Of a stretch of 64,000 nt of DNA, positions 47,945 through 57,407 are shown one piece after another (position 1 is the stretch's first letter; each line of letters begins with the position of its first letter). The stretch is from a virus, in the IMG/VR virus record IMGVR_UViG_3300044732_000442, positions 32,001-96,000 of that record. One strand, given 5' to 3'. Made by a program: the position numbers and the translations under genes. The notes below the pieces were generated by a model. It ran no database searches, was not told where the DNA came from, and worked only from the letters and a program-made list of their open reading frames with translations.

Positions 47945-47988
47945 TGACTTTATTGTGTAAATATGTTACACTACATCTATTATTTATC
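47945..47988. promoter_or_regulatory. Divergent promoters: sigma70-type (+) and late TAAATA (-)
   Basis: TTGACT-N17-TACACT on + (47945-47973); gaTAAATA on - (47981-47988). Confidence 0.55.
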
Positions 47989-48004
47989 ACTTTGGACTAT
48001 TACT

Positions 48005-49030
48005 TTGACAAATCAATCTATCAAACGCATCGGCTTTGCTTGTAAATGGGCAGAAATCAACAGTAAAGGCGAGATTGTCTCTGCTGAAGGCCTTAACACA
48101 GGCGGTACAACTCAAGCATGGGCAAAACGTAATAACCGTAGTGTAGTGGAAGAAAAGATTATGGATGTTGCTAAACGCAATATTATGAATACTCACGCAT
48201 TGGTTAAGCGTGTTGCTACATTAGAACCCGAATTGCGTATGGTTCGTCTTACTAGTGATATGCTTAGTTTTTATACTATGGATGGATACAAAGAATTTTG
48301 GCAAAGTACTGATGTACAAAATAGTTTACAACGATGGTTTGCACCCATCGGTGAGACAGCTAGAGCAAATGATGTACGTCTTTCATTTCATCCCGATCAA
48401 TTTGTAGTTTTAGCAAGCGACCGTGATGAGGTAGTAAATAAGAGTATAGAGGAGTTTGAATATCATGCAGATATGGCCAGATGGATGGGGTTCGGTAGAA
48501 ATTTCCAGGATTTTAAGATTAATATACACATATCTGGGCGTAGAGGCCCACAAGGAATCAGAGATGTTTACGGAAGACTCAGCCCCGAAGCAAGAAACAC
48601 ACTAACACTAGAAAATGAGGAATACACACATGGACTTACAGACTGCTTATCATTATCTGATCTCGTACCTACAGTCATGGACATACACCATAATTGGATA
48701 CGTGAAGGAGAATATATTTCCGCAAATGATGACCGGGTTAAGATGGTTATTGATAGTTGGCGCGGTGTTAGGCCTACTTTACATTACTCCGTCAGCCGTG
48801 AAGATATACTTGTCGGACATCCCGGATCACAATTACCCTCTCATGGTGCGTTGATTGAAGCAGGACATAGTAAACAGAAGCTTCGGGCACATTCCGACTA
48901 CTATTGGAACGATGCTGTGAACGATTGGGCATTGACATTTATTGATAACTTTGATATGATGTGTGAATCAAAGGCAAAGAATCTTGCCAGCTTTAAACTA
49001 TACGAAAGATACAAATGTTTGAAAAATTAA
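48005..49030 (+). CDS. uvsE: UV damage endonuclease
   Basis: RIGFACK, RLSFHPDQF, LENEE, DIHH, HYS, AHSDY, CESKAK; start probably TTG 48005. Confidence 0.92.
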   Translation: MTNQSIKRIGFACKWAEINSKGEIVSAEGLNTGGTTQAWAKRNNRSVVEEKIMDVAKRNIMNTHALVKRVATLEPELRMVRLTSDMLSFYTMDGYKEFWQSTDVQNSLQRWFAPIGETARANDVRLSFHPDQFVVLASDRDEVVNKSIEEFEYHADMARWMGFGRNFQDFKINIHISGRRGPQGIRDVYGRLSPEARNTLTLENEEYTHGLTDCLSLSDLVPTVMDIHHNWIREGEYISANDDRVKMVIDSWRGVRPTLHYSVSREDILVGHPGSQLPSHGALIEAGHSKQKLRAHSDYYWNDAVNDWALTFIDNFDMMCESKAKNLASFKLYERYKCLKN

Positions 49031-49440
49031 AGAACTTATTTAAGAAACAAGAGGATGCCCCTGTTGTTAAGAAAGAGCCTAAGCCTAAACAAGTTAAAGC
49101 TAAGACTGAACTTACTGAAAAAGAAAAAGCAACGGCGGCAGGTGAACCATACATTGCTATTACTAAGGTAGAAATCAATCCTGAGAATATCAATGATGGT
49201 GCATTTGATTTAGATTTCAATGACAAGTTTGTATTGAATCTTATCAAAGCAGGTTATAGACAACGTGAAGATGATACAGATGTAATCATAGTTGATAGAT
49301 GGTTTCAGACAGTATGTCGGAATGTAGCATTAGAGATGTATGAACAGCAGGTAGCTGATCCGGAGAACCGTACAGAAAGCCGTGATGCAAGAGTTATTCG
49401 TACAAAAGATTTAGGTAACGGTAGAACAGAGGTAAGTTAA
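49015..49440 (+). CDS. Hypothetical phage protein
   Basis: 141 aa ORF. Confidence 0.65.
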   Translation: MFEKLKNLFKKQEDAPVVKKEPKPKQVKAKTELTEKEKATAAGEPYIAITKVEINPENINDGAFDLDFNDKFVLNLIKAGYRQREDDTDVIIVDRWFQTVCRNVALEMYEQQVADPENRTESRDARVIRTKDLGNGRTEVS

Positions 49441-50022
49441 ATGTTAAAAAATATTGATTTGTTTAATCCAGATTTTGTGATAGATTGCTCAAAATTAAAA
49501 AATTGTAGAGATATCTATGCAATTATGAGACACAATGGCATTGTGAAATCATATGTTTACGGTATGTGTTTTAAGCCAGGTCCATTGTCATATGACTTTT
49601 CAAAGGTTGGAATGAGTTCACCTAGTCTTGGTAATAAGAGACAATATCAAGTTGGTGAGCGTATTACTCGACAATTAAGTTGGGTACCTGGATGGGAAGA
49701 ACTACATGTCCGTAGTTCACATGGTGCTGATTTTTGGGGAGGCATTGAAAATTATTTAATTCCACAAGGACTTTTGCCAGCATCATTCAACAAGAATGAT
49801 GTAACTATTGCAGTTTGGGATGTTTCTACAAGAATGGTTTTTTCAAATGTCCATGAAAGTGATGAATTGAAGGCTACTACCTGGGCCGAGGGTGAATTAG
49901 CAAAGCAATACAAAGCTACGTTTGGTAGATTACCTTATCTCAATGTACAAGACCCTACTAATACCAAGCACTATAGAGGTGGATATATACCTAAATCTGT
50001 GTATAATTTGTTTGGAATGTAG
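49441..50022 (+). CDS. Hypothetical protein, possibly GIY-YIG-like
   Basis: YVYG...KVGMS...ER...E...N ordering loosely fits GIY-YIG. Confidence 0.45.
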   Translation: MLKNIDLFNPDFVIDCSKLKNCRDIYAIMRHNGIVKSYVYGMCFKPGPLSYDFSKVGMSSPSLGNKRQYQVGERITRQLSWVPGWEELHVRSSHGADFWGGIENYLIPQGLLPASFNKNDVTIAVWDVSTRMVFSNVHESDELKATTWAEGELAKQYKATFGRLPYLNVQDPTNTKHYRGGYIPKSVYNLFGM

Positions 50023-50044
50023 TAAAAATACAACATTCTCATAG

Positions 50045-50073
50045 TTGACAATAAATGGAAAAGGTGCTATAAT
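50045..50073 (+). promoter_or_regulatory. Strong early promoter
   Basis: TTGACAataaatgg...tgcTATAAT, 17-nt spacer. Confidence 0.8.
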
Positions 50074-50103
50074 TAACTATTAAATCGCATAACGGACTAT
50101 ATT

Positions 50104-50895
50104 ATGGCAGCTATATCATTCAAACTGTTCAAAAACTCATGTGAGGAACGTGGGTATACCGAACGTGTTTACGAGGAACAAAACAACTGCGTACTATATA
50201 CCAACAACGGTGTAAAGTGTGAAATTAAAAAGAACCACTATACTGTGGGCTGGCTTGCACTTCCAGAAGATGTTGCCGAAATGCGTAAACAAATCCTAGG
50301 TCAAGGATTTACTGAGAAAACAGGTAAACGTTCCGAATCACGCAAAGATGCAAAGGACTTTATTAATATCCCTTTTGATGGTGATATACTTGAAAACTTT
50401 TGGGTCATTGTCGGTACCATTGAAGCTATTGAAACTATTGTACGTAAGGTACGTGGTCAAGCTATCAAACCGATTCCACGTGAAGTATCCGAACGTAATA
50501 TCTTTGAAAAGATTGCCAAACGTTTCAAGTATTTTATTGATAATGAAGATGGGTTTGGTTTAGAAAATACTAGAGCATTACTTGAGGGCGATAGTATTGA
50601 CCACTTAATTACCATCGGTCAAAGTATTAAACGCACTAAAGAAAATACTTATCGTGAACATATCGTTCCTTGTATTTTAATTTATAATCAAGCGGTTACA
50701 ATGACTATGGAAAAACGTAGTGTAACTGAAGTAGCACAAATGATTAAAAACAATTTGGCTATTGTATTGATTACTAATGAGGAAGCTGAATTGCTTGACA
50801 ATGAACTGGACATGCAAACAAGTATGCCCGACGGATGGACATTCGGCAATGATGTTTTTGCTCGATTAACAACTGCCCAAATACAATTGAAATAA
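50104..50895 (+). CDS. Hypothetical protein, C-terminal His-Me/HNH-like motif
   Basis: YREHIVP...ITNEE motif. Confidence 0.5.
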   Translation: MAAISFKLFKNSCEERGYTERVYEEQNNCVLYTNNGVKCEIKKNHYTVGWLALPEDVAEMRKQILGQGFTEKTGKRSESRKDAKDFINIPFDGDILENFWVIVGTIEAIETIVRKVRGQAIKPIPREVSERNIFEKIAKRFKYFIDNEDGFGLENTRALLEGDSIDHLITIGQSIKRTKENTYREHIVPCILIYNQAVTMTMEKRSVTEVAQMIKNNLAIVLITNEEAELLDNELDMQTSMPDGWTFGNDVFARLTTAQIQLK

Positions 50896-50921
50896 TCTAA
50901 ATAGTAGTATATAATAAACAT

Positions 50922-51920
50922 ATGAAATACGCACTAATTGACACAGCTAACACATTCTTTCGTGCCCGGCACGTTGCTTCCCGAAACTCAGATACATGGG
51001 AAAAAATCGGGATGGCACTACATCTTACACTTGCATCATGCAATCAAATAGTTCGCAAATTTGGCATTGACCACGTTGTGTTCTGTCTCGAAGGCAGAAG
51101 CTGGCGCAAAGACTATTACGAGCCATATAAGAAAAATCGTGTTGTGGATACACAAGCACAGACTCAAGCTGAAAAAGAAGAAAATGAAATGTTCTGGGAA
51201 ACATATGAAAAATTCACAACTTTTTTGCGTGAGAAAACTAACGTATCAGTATTGCGTGATCCTAAAGCAGAAGCTGATGACTTGATTGCTAGATTTATTC
51301 ACTTGCACCCTGATGATGAACATTTCATTATCAGTAGCGATAGTGATTACATTCAACTGATTACAGAAAATGTAAAACAGTATAATGGCATTAGCAATCA
51401 ATTAATTACACTTGAGGGTTATTTTGACGATAAAGGCAAAATTGTCAAGGATAAGAAAACTAGTGAGCCAAAACTGTTAGGTGACCCACAATATATTCTA
51501 TTTGAGAAATGTATGCGTGGTGATAGTACTGACAATGTGTTTAGTGCATATCCCGGTGTACGTAGTAAAGGTACACAAAAGAAAGCAGGATTGATGGAAG
51601 CTTATGCTGACCGTAACAAACAGGGCTTTGATTGGAATAACATGATGTTACAAAGATGGGTAGACCATAATGATGTGGAACATCGTGTACGTGACGATTA
51701 TGAACGCAATCGGGTATTGATTGATTTGACTAGACAACCTGATCAAGTTAAACTATCAGTAGATACAAACATTCGTGAGGGTGTACGTACAACGATTACT
51801 CCTCAGGTTGGCATTCATTTTATGAAATTCTGTGGTAAGTATGAATTGACTAAGATTAGTGAACAAGCAGATACATATGCTAAATGGTTGAACAATCCTT
51901 ATAAGGGTAATTTGGCATGA
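50922..51920 (+). CDS. rnh: RNase H / 5'-3' flap exonuclease (T4 rnh-like)
   Basis: LIDTAN, WRK..Y..YK.NR, EADD, SSDSD, GDSTDNV. Confidence 0.9.
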   Translation: MKYALIDTANTFFRARHVASRNSDTWEKIGMALHLTLASCNQIVRKFGIDHVVFCLEGRSWRKDYYEPYKKNRVVDTQAQTQAEKEENEMFWETYEKFTTFLREKTNVSVLRDPKAEADDLIARFIHLHPDDEHFIISSDSDYIQLITENVKQYNGISNQLITLEGYFDDKGKIVKDKKTSEPKLLGDPQYILFEKCMRGDSTDNVFSAYPGVRSKGTQKKAGLMEAYADRNKQGFDWNNMMLQRWVDHNDVEHRVRDDYERNRVLIDLTRQPDQVKLSVDTNIREGVRTTITPQVGIHFMKFCGKYELTKISEQADTYAKWLNNPYKGNLA

Positions 51921-52144
51921 ACTTTACTAAACCGGACAAAACTATTAAAACAATTCGTCCAGGCGATCCGGACTTTATGATTTACAATGGAAACTTTATG
52001 GCTGCACGTGCTGGATTTGAGATTAGCCAACAATGCCCGAACAGTTACAAAAAAATAATACAAGAATGTATCAGTCATGGGTGGTTAAAGCCTGTGGCAT
52101 ATATAAAAGAAGTTGATTATACTTGGGAAAAATTAGGAGAATAA
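51917..52144 (+). CDS. Hypothetical protein
   Basis: Coupled ORF. Confidence 0.55.
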   Translation: MNFTKPDKTIKTIRPGDPDFMIYNGNFMAARAGFEISQQCPNSYKKIIQECISHGWLKPVAYIKEVDYTWEKLGE

Positions 52145-52145
52145 A

Positions 52146-52343
52146 ATGACAAGAGATTACAAAAACCTTCAATATATCTTAAACAAGAATCCACAAGAAT
52201 TGTTTGAGTGGTGGAACTCATTGAATGATGAGGATCAAGCTTATGCTTTGGAAATCATTACAGAATATCGTAAAATCCTAGAAGAACCAGTGGTAGAGGA
52301 CTTGTCTTTAGCATATGATTTGCTAAAACAATTTATGTTATAA
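52146..52343 (+). CDS. Hypothetical protein
   Basis: aggag RBS. Confidence 0.55.
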   Translation: MTRDYKNLQYILNKNPQELFEWWNSLNDEDQAYALEIITEYRKILEEPVVEDLSLAYDLLKQFML

Positions 52344-52582
52344 TGGCAAGTTTAGCTGAGTATTTTAATGCAAACCGATACATGGGTAAATACAGTATAG
52401 GTGACCGTGTTATTGGTAAATGGAATAAGATTCCATTTGTCGGTACTGTGGGAAATGACACATTAATTAATGAGATTGAAGGACCAAGAATTAGTGTGTG
52501 TTTGGATTTACCTATTAAATATAAAGATAATATACATCGTGTTATAATTGTCAAACACAAGGATGTGAAATTATTTAAATAA
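52343..52582 (+). CDS. Hypothetical protein (SH3-like beta barrel possible)
   Basis: IGDRV...GTV pattern. Confidence 0.55.
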   Translation: MASLAEYFNANRYMGKYSIGDRVIGKWNKIPFVGTVGNDTLINEIEGPRISVCLDLPIKYKDNIHRVIIVKHKDVKLFK

Positions 52583-52591
52583 AGGATAAAC

Positions 52592-52807
52592 ATGGATAAT
52601 GAAAAACTAACAAAATTAGCAGAACAATGTATTACTGACGATCAATTTGCGGTAGGTGCATTTGCAAAGATATTAATAGATGAATGTATATTAGCATTAG
52701 ATAGTACGGAGAAACCGCATGTACATACTACATTTGACCAATCACAACATGAAAGTAGTATTGCAGAAGCAAAGAAAGCAATTAAGAAGCATTTTGGATT
52801 TGAATGA
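52592..52807 (+). CDS. Small protein of the 'FAELIVxEC...HFGVE' family
   Basis: KLAEQC...FAKILIDEC...IKKHFGFE. Confidence 0.6.
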   Translation: MDNEKLTKLAEQCITDDQFAVGAFAKILIDECILALDSTEKPHVHTTFDQSQHESSIAEAKKAIKKHFGFE

Positions 52808-53088
52808 ATAAGATATCTACCCCCACTCCTTTGCTTAATTATACCTTACGGTATAATATGTTAAAAGATGCTATGGAATTATCAAAGGTCCGAGATATTG
52901 CAACGGCTCAAGATTTAGAAAAAGAAAAGATATTAAAAGCACAATCCTCAAGACGATTAGAACAAGATAGAGATTTCCAACATCATGTTGAAGAAATAAA
53001 ACGTTACGAATCATTAAAACTTACCCGAGAATACCAAGAGTACCAATATCTGTATAATCTTGGTAAAACGGTTGACATGTACATTTAA
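52804..53088 (+). CDS. Hypothetical protein
   Basis: Coupled ORF. Confidence 0.55.
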   Translation: MNKISTPTPLLNYTLRYNMLKDAMELSKVRDIATAQDLEKEKILKAQSSRRLEQDRDFQHHVEEIKRYESLKLTREYQEYQYLYNLGKTVDMYI

Positions 53089-53100
53089 ACATAGTATACT
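53072..53100 (+). promoter_or_regulatory. Sigma70-type promoter
   Basis: TTGACA-N17-TATACT before gene 53118. Confidence 0.65.
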
Positions 53101-53117
53101 TACACAGAGGAATAAAA

Positions 53118-53579
53118 ATGACTAAAACACTAATTGCAAAACCCGTAGTAAAGAATCAATTCTGGATTGTTACTGATGGTAAAGAAAAAGTTGGTAACGT
53201 GCTAGCAGACGGTTCAGGATTTGAAGTTAAATTGAATGGCAATAAGAGCCATTATAAAAATACTACAGCTATTAAACGTAAGACAAATATTGAGTTTGAA
53301 ACTGTACAAAAAGCAGATAAAACTAAACATGATTTACCCTTTAAAGTATATCCTACCACTGATAAAGTCTTTAATAGTATGTTAGATATTAAACGTAAAC
53401 TACATTTATTTACAACTGGAGCTAAAAGCAAATGTTATCATGCGGCAGGTTGGTTTATAATCCAACAAGGACATGAAAAAGAAACAGTTTTTTGCCCTAA
53501 ATATATCTTTATTCAGCGTTATCCATATCAAGGACCATATAAAACTGAAAATGAGGCTAAAAAAGCGATAAATACTTGA
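53118..53579 (+). CDS. Hypothetical phage protein
   Basis: gagga RBS; 153 aa. Confidence 0.65.
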   Translation: MTKTLIAKPVVKNQFWIVTDGKEKVGNVLADGSGFEVKLNGNKSHYKNTTAIKRKTNIEFETVQKADKTKHDLPFKVYPTTDKVFNSMLDIKRKLHLFTTGAKSKCYHAAGWFIIQQGHEKETVFCPKYIFIQRYPYQGPYKTENEAKKAINT

Positions 53580-53779
53580 TGTTACATATTAAACGATTTA
53601 TAGACAAAGTATCCGTTATGGAGAGTAGACAGGGAAAAGATGTGGTCATTCCCATTAGTGAGGCTAGGATATTGCGTGATGAATTAAGTAAATTAATTAT
53701 TGATAACTATGAATTGTTGCAAAATAAGGTTGTAGCAGAACCTGTATTACAGGTAGAATTAAACGGCGGTAGATTTTAA
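53579..53779 (+). CDS. Hypothetical protein
   Basis: Coupled ORF. Confidence 0.55.
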   Translation: MLHIKRFIDKVSVMESRQGKDVVIPISEARILRDELSKLIIDNYELLQNKVVAEPVLQVELNGGRF

Positions 53780-54072
53780 TGAGTAGAACACAACCCAAGG
53801 TACTACTTGAACTAGTAGACAAAGTAACATATAAATGTGATCAAATTGTAGAAGCCGCTGGCATATGGGCTGTGTTTTATGATGGTCAACCTATTAATCT
53901 AAAAAGCCAACATTACTTAGATAATGAAGCAACACCTAAGTACAAAAAGACAAGTTTTAGTAATCCGGGACATGCACGTAATCTATGTCGCAAATTAAAT
54001 GTACAATTTAAAACCGATAAGTTTACTGTGGTGTTTATGAATTCAGGTAGAGTTGTCTACCCAGATGAGTAA
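53779..54072 (+). CDS. Hypothetical phage protein
   Basis: KYKKTSFSNPGHA motif; coupled ORF. Confidence 0.6.
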   Translation: MSRTQPKVLLELVDKVTYKCDQIVEAAGIWAVFYDGQPINLKSQHYLDNEATPKYKKTSFSNPGHARNLCRKLNVQFKTDKFTVVFMNSGRVVYPDE

Positions 54073-54472
54073 ACGTAAGACCCTTAAAGAAACTATTACA
54101 GAAGTTGTATTGGCTCAACTTCCTGACTCTCTCAATCAAGAAAAAATTATACCGATAGATAAACTGTTGTTCAAGTGGTGGATGACTGGTCGCCAAGATG
54201 GATTACGTTTAACGGACACCGGGGATTTAGCATTTAGAATGGCAGAGATAGAATTTTATCAATATGAGTTAAAATTACAGCCAGAAACTCAATATCATGC
54301 TTATATATTAGAACTTAATAAAAAAATCAAATGCCCCTATTATATGGGGGTAAATAAAGATGGGAAGAAAAGCTTTCCTTATATACGATTTTATGATAGC
54401 AAAATAGCTATGATGGTAAGTTTATATGGAAACGTTAATGAATATTTAGATAGCATAAAGGTGAAAAGATGA
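54065..54472 (+). CDS. Hypothetical protein
   Basis: ATG 54065 overlaps upstream gene. Confidence 0.6.
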   Translation: MSKRKTLKETITEVVLAQLPDSLNQEKIIPIDKLLFKWWMTGRQDGLRLTDTGDLAFRMAEIEFYQYELKLQPETQYHAYILELNKKIKCPYYMGVNKDGKKSFPYIRFYDSKIAMMVSLYGNVNEYLDSIKVKR

Positions 54473-54636
54473 CAGAAGAAAAGAAAAGTAAGAATCCATT
54501 TATTAATTTAGCTAATGCCGCTAAGAAAGATAATAAGCATCCTGGATTAGGTAAAGCACCAAAATCACAAGGTCCTAAACCTACTAAGGGTAATGGTGGT
54601 GCAAGTGTTGTACGTAGAACAGGTAGGGGTGGTTAA
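54469..54636 (+). CDS. Small basic protein (55 aa, MTEEKKSKNPF...RRTGRGG)
   Basis: Not in track; aggtg RBS, ATGA overlap. Confidence 0.6.
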   Translation: MTEEKKSKNPFINLANAAKKDNKHPGLGKAPKSQGPKPTKGNGGASVVRRTGRGG

Positions 54637-55115
54637 TACCACTCACCCTCATTACGCATACGTTTAATGAAGGTTAAATAGGTGCTACATACACCGTAGC
54701 ATCTTAATTGTACAGTACTAAACAATGCTCTGTCTTTTATTTCAGGTAGAACAATAATACTAGTATTGTTAACCGGGACTGTCCCGGGTGTCCATAACTT
54801 ATCGCTACTAGTTAATGCATTGACCATGCTGTTGGGCTGATAAAAGTAGTTAGGATATAGTTTTATTGATTGTGTAGTAAACCAATCATATGTGTCCTGA
54901 TTACCACATTTAATCCAAAAACGATTACCCTGTAGATATTTGTCAGTTACCGGAATAGGAGCAGCTTCTGGTCCAACACAAAGTGTATTATTTATTCTCC
55001 AAACATCTACCATACAAGCAAATCCATTGTTAAAGGATTTACCTATTTGGTCAGGCGTATTGGCATATTCATAGTTTTGCCCGTCGTAAATTCCCTGATA
55101 AGATATATATAACAT
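54633..55115 (-). CDS. Degenerate PLC-like/GDPD phosphodiesterase-like protein
   Basis: ISYQG...NTPDQI...VDVW...GVCS resembles phage ISHRGN family lacking the His. Confidence 0.5.
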   Translation of the reverse strand: MLYISYQGIYDGQNYEYANTPDQIGKSFNNGFACMVDVWRINNTLCVGPEAAPIPVTDKYLQGNRFWIKCGNQDTYDWFTTQSIKLYPNYFYQPNSMVNALTSSDKLWTPGTVPVNNTSIIVLPEIKDRALFSTVQLRCYGVCSTYLTFIKRMRNEGEWY

Positions 55116-55204
55116 AATGTATTTATGTCAACGAAACAGTTGGCTACCGCGTTATATATATGTAGACTGTAAAATCTACTTCATTAACTTAAAGGAAACT
55201 TAAA

Positions 55205-55453
55205 ATGAAAACATTAGCAATCGTAATCCTATCAGCATTGTCATTAACAGCATTTGCCCAAACCGCAACTCCTGCCGCTAAGCCAGCGACCCCTGCTCCG
55301 GCTGCTACTGCACCTGCTAAAGCAGAGGCGCCAAAAGAAGAAATGAAATTGGCTAAGAAAAAGGATGCTCCCAAGGCAGATACCAAAAGTGAAACCAAGC
55401 CTGCTAGTCCTGCAAAAGCCGACGATAAAAAAGCCGAAGCTTCTAAGAAGTAA
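55205..55453 (+). CDS. Secreted Ala/Pro/Lys-rich low-complexity protein
   Basis: MKTLAIVILSALSLTAFA signal peptide; aagga RBS. Confidence 0.7.
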   Translation: MKTLAIVILSALSLTAFAQTATPAAKPATPAPAATAPAKAEAPKEEMKLAKKKDAPKADTKSETKPASPAKADDKKAEASKK

Positions 55454-55731
55454 TCCATACAGACTCATAGCAATTAGGACCTGGGGACTTGATCCTAATC
55501 AGGTTCTAGTTAGTGATGAGGATATATTAGTTAATTCCCGTCGTATTATATTAAAGATTGAAACCTCTTTAAATAACGATGAGGAATTGACTGATTATGT
55601 CAAGTTAAGATTATTTCTAGCCAGAGAATTGGCTATGTCAAAATATAGAGAAATCTATCAGACGGCATAAATATATATGAAGTTACGGGTTCTTCATAAA
55701 AACCCACTTTAAACACACACAGGAGAAAATT

Positions 55732-56019
55732 ATGTTTAACACAGCAACTTACGCCTTTATTGACGGCGTTTCAGACTTTAAAAAGAAATTCGTAGAACAA
55801 ACAGTTCAACACGAAGGCATCAAAACAGCAATGAATACATTTGTTGATGCACAATCAAAATACACAAAAGCAGCCGCAGATGCAGGAATGCAATCTATGA
55901 TGGCTTTGGGTATGATTTTCACAAGCAAAACATTCTATGATGAAATGAGCAGCCAGTTCAAGACAATGGTTCCTGCTTTCAACACTGCTAAAACTGCAAA
56001 ATCTACAAAGGCTAAGTAA
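55732..56019 (+). CDS. Helical protein, phasin-like (tentative)
   Basis: aggag RBS; amphipathic Ala/Met/Phe-rich helices. Confidence 0.5.
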   Translation: MFNTATYAFIDGVSDFKKKFVEQTVQHEGIKTAMNTFVDAQSKYTKAAADAGMQSMMALGMIFTSKTFYDEMSSQFKTMVPAFNTAKTAKSTKAK

Positions 56020-56020
56020 T

Positions 56021-56188
56021 ATGAAGAAACTTCTAGGGATGCTATTAGTGTTCCTAGGTTTCTCTACAGATACCTATGGCACTGAGTTAGAAAGATATAT
56101 TGTTGGCCGAAATCCAAAAGATGCAGGCGACATTGAGCGATTGACCTACGAGTTCCATCGCAAACAATCAGATTGGAGATTTCTATGA
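56021..56188 (+). CDS. Small protein (55 aa, MKKLLG...LERYIVGRNPKDAGDIERL)
   Basis: Not in track; open frame coupled to neighbours. Confidence 0.55.
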   Translation: MKKLLGMLLVFLGFSTDTYGTELERYIVGRNPKDAGDIERLTYEFHRKQSDWRFL

Positions 56189-56343
56189 ACACACTTAAAC
56201 AACTATTCAACAGCCTACTAGAGGCAATACAGTCTATCAAAGACTACAAAGCGAGTAAAATGAAATGACATTTTCCCGAAAGATTTGAACAACTTAAAAA
56301 AATGTTTTATACTATATAAACATTAACACACTAAGGAAATATA

Positions 56344-56616
56344 ATGTCAGACTATACACCAAAACTACCCGAAGTTAAATTTAATAAAAATGGCTATGAA
56401 CTGCGTACTGATATTTTAGCTATGGCTAAAGACATGGTACAACAAGAATACTCAAGTAAATTTGCTGGTTGGGAACTAACAGCAAAACGTGATGAAAAAA
56501 CGGGTCAACTTGTTTCAACAGTCACAATGCCAGAGTTTCCCGGTCTAGACAAAATCCTTGAAACTGCTGAAAAAATGTACGGTTTTGTTAATCAAAGTAC
56601 TAATACTAAAAAGTAA
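56344..56616 (+). CDS. Hypothetical phage protein
   Basis: aagga RBS; NGYELRTDILAMAK motif. Confidence 0.65.
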   Translation: MSDYTPKLPEVKFNKNGYELRTDILAMAKDMVQQEYSSKFAGWELTAKRDEKTGQLVSTVTMPEFPGLDKILETAEKMYGFVNQSTNTKK

Positions 56617-56636
56617 TACTTTTAGTTCTCAAAAAT

Positions 56637-56658
56637 GCCCCGTTTTTGGGGCTTTTTT
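56637..56658 (+). terminator. Intrinsic terminator
   Basis: gcccc-gttttt-ggggc-tttttt. Confidence 0.75.
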
Positions 56659-56669
56659 ACACCCAAAAT

Positions 56670-56698
56670 TTGACAATAAATGGATCTTCTGCTACAAT
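56670..56698 (+). promoter_or_regulatory. Strong early promoter (repeat copy 1)
   Basis: TTGACAataaatgg...tgcTACAAT. Confidence 0.8.
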
Positions 56699-56730
56699 AG
56701 AATCTTATACAGTTAGATAAAGGACACGAA

Positions 56731-57066
56731 ATGACTACATTCATCAAAGGCAACTTCTACGGTACTGAGTACGTTGATTACACAAACCCAGTTGACGGTA
56801 CTACAAAATTTGTAGCCCGTTTCAAGTATGCTAAAAGTAGCAAAAATAGTTTCCTTACATTCCTTACAAAGAACTTTACAGTTGAGGAATACTTTGGTCG
56901 CTTGGAAAAGAGTGAATCCCCACTTGAAATCTTGAAATCCAAAGGCTTTATTCAACCCCATATCAAAAAAATGCTCAAAGCACAGGGTTACCCGATTACT
57001 CTTGCTGGATTTGAGCAATTAGTACAAGATAATGTTGCAAAAACGCAACAAAGATTAGCCGCTTAA
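56731..57066 (+). CDS. Hypothetical early protein
   Basis: Follows promoter; aagga RBS. Confidence 0.65.
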   Translation: MTTFIKGNFYGTEYVDYTNPVDGTTKFVARFKYAKSSKNSFLTFLTKNFTVEEYFGRLEKSESPLEILKSKGFIQPHIKKMLKAQGYPITLAGFEQLVQDNVAKTQQRLAA

Positions 57067-57068
57067 AT

Positions 57069-57097
57069 TTGACAATAAATGGCTTTGGGTATATAAT
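57069..57097 (+). promoter_or_regulatory. Strong early promoter (repeat copy 2)
   Basis: TTGACAataaatgg...TATAAT. Confidence 0.8.
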
Positions 57098-57130
57098 AGA
57101 ATCTTAAACAGTTAAACAACGGAGTTAAAC

Positions 57131-57397
57131 ATGAAAGCATTACAAAAATTCATTGACCAGAAGAATCACTGGAACAGTATTTTCAAAGGTGAGCAGTACG
57201 AAATCACCACTCATGCTGGTCGTCAACGTGTTGCAGATATGATTGATTCGGCTTTGAGTCCAGAGAATCTTACTTGCGATGGTGAACTGCCCCGTGCAGA
57301 AGTTAACCGTCGCTACAAAGAATTGATGACTGCCGCTAAACAACTAAAACAGTTGGATCCATCTGTTAAGTTTTACGAATACGAAACTGAAGTTTAA
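57131..57397 (+). CDS. Hypothetical early protein
   Basis: LSPENLTCDGE motif; ggag RBS. Confidence 0.65.
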   Translation: MKALQKFIDQKNHWNSIFKGEQYEITTHAGRQRVADMIDSALSPENLTCDGELPRAEVNRRYKELMTAAKQLKQLDPSVKFYEYETEV

Positions 57398-57407
57398 GGA
57401 GAAGAAC

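Noticed and set aside
49441-50895. Two possible homing endonucleases
   Set aside because: Only weak partial GIY-YIG and HNH-like motifs; insufficient to call mobile elements
55162-55179. gtaga-ctgtaaaa-tctac resembles a tRNA-Tyr(GUA) anticodon arm
   Set aside because: 8-nt loop and no D-arm, T-arm or acceptor stem around it; not a tRNA gene
55365-55670. 101-aa ORF as annotated
   Set aside because: Its 5' part overlaps the secreted-protein gene out of frame and no clear start or RBS was found; the 3' half may be coding but cannot be delimited
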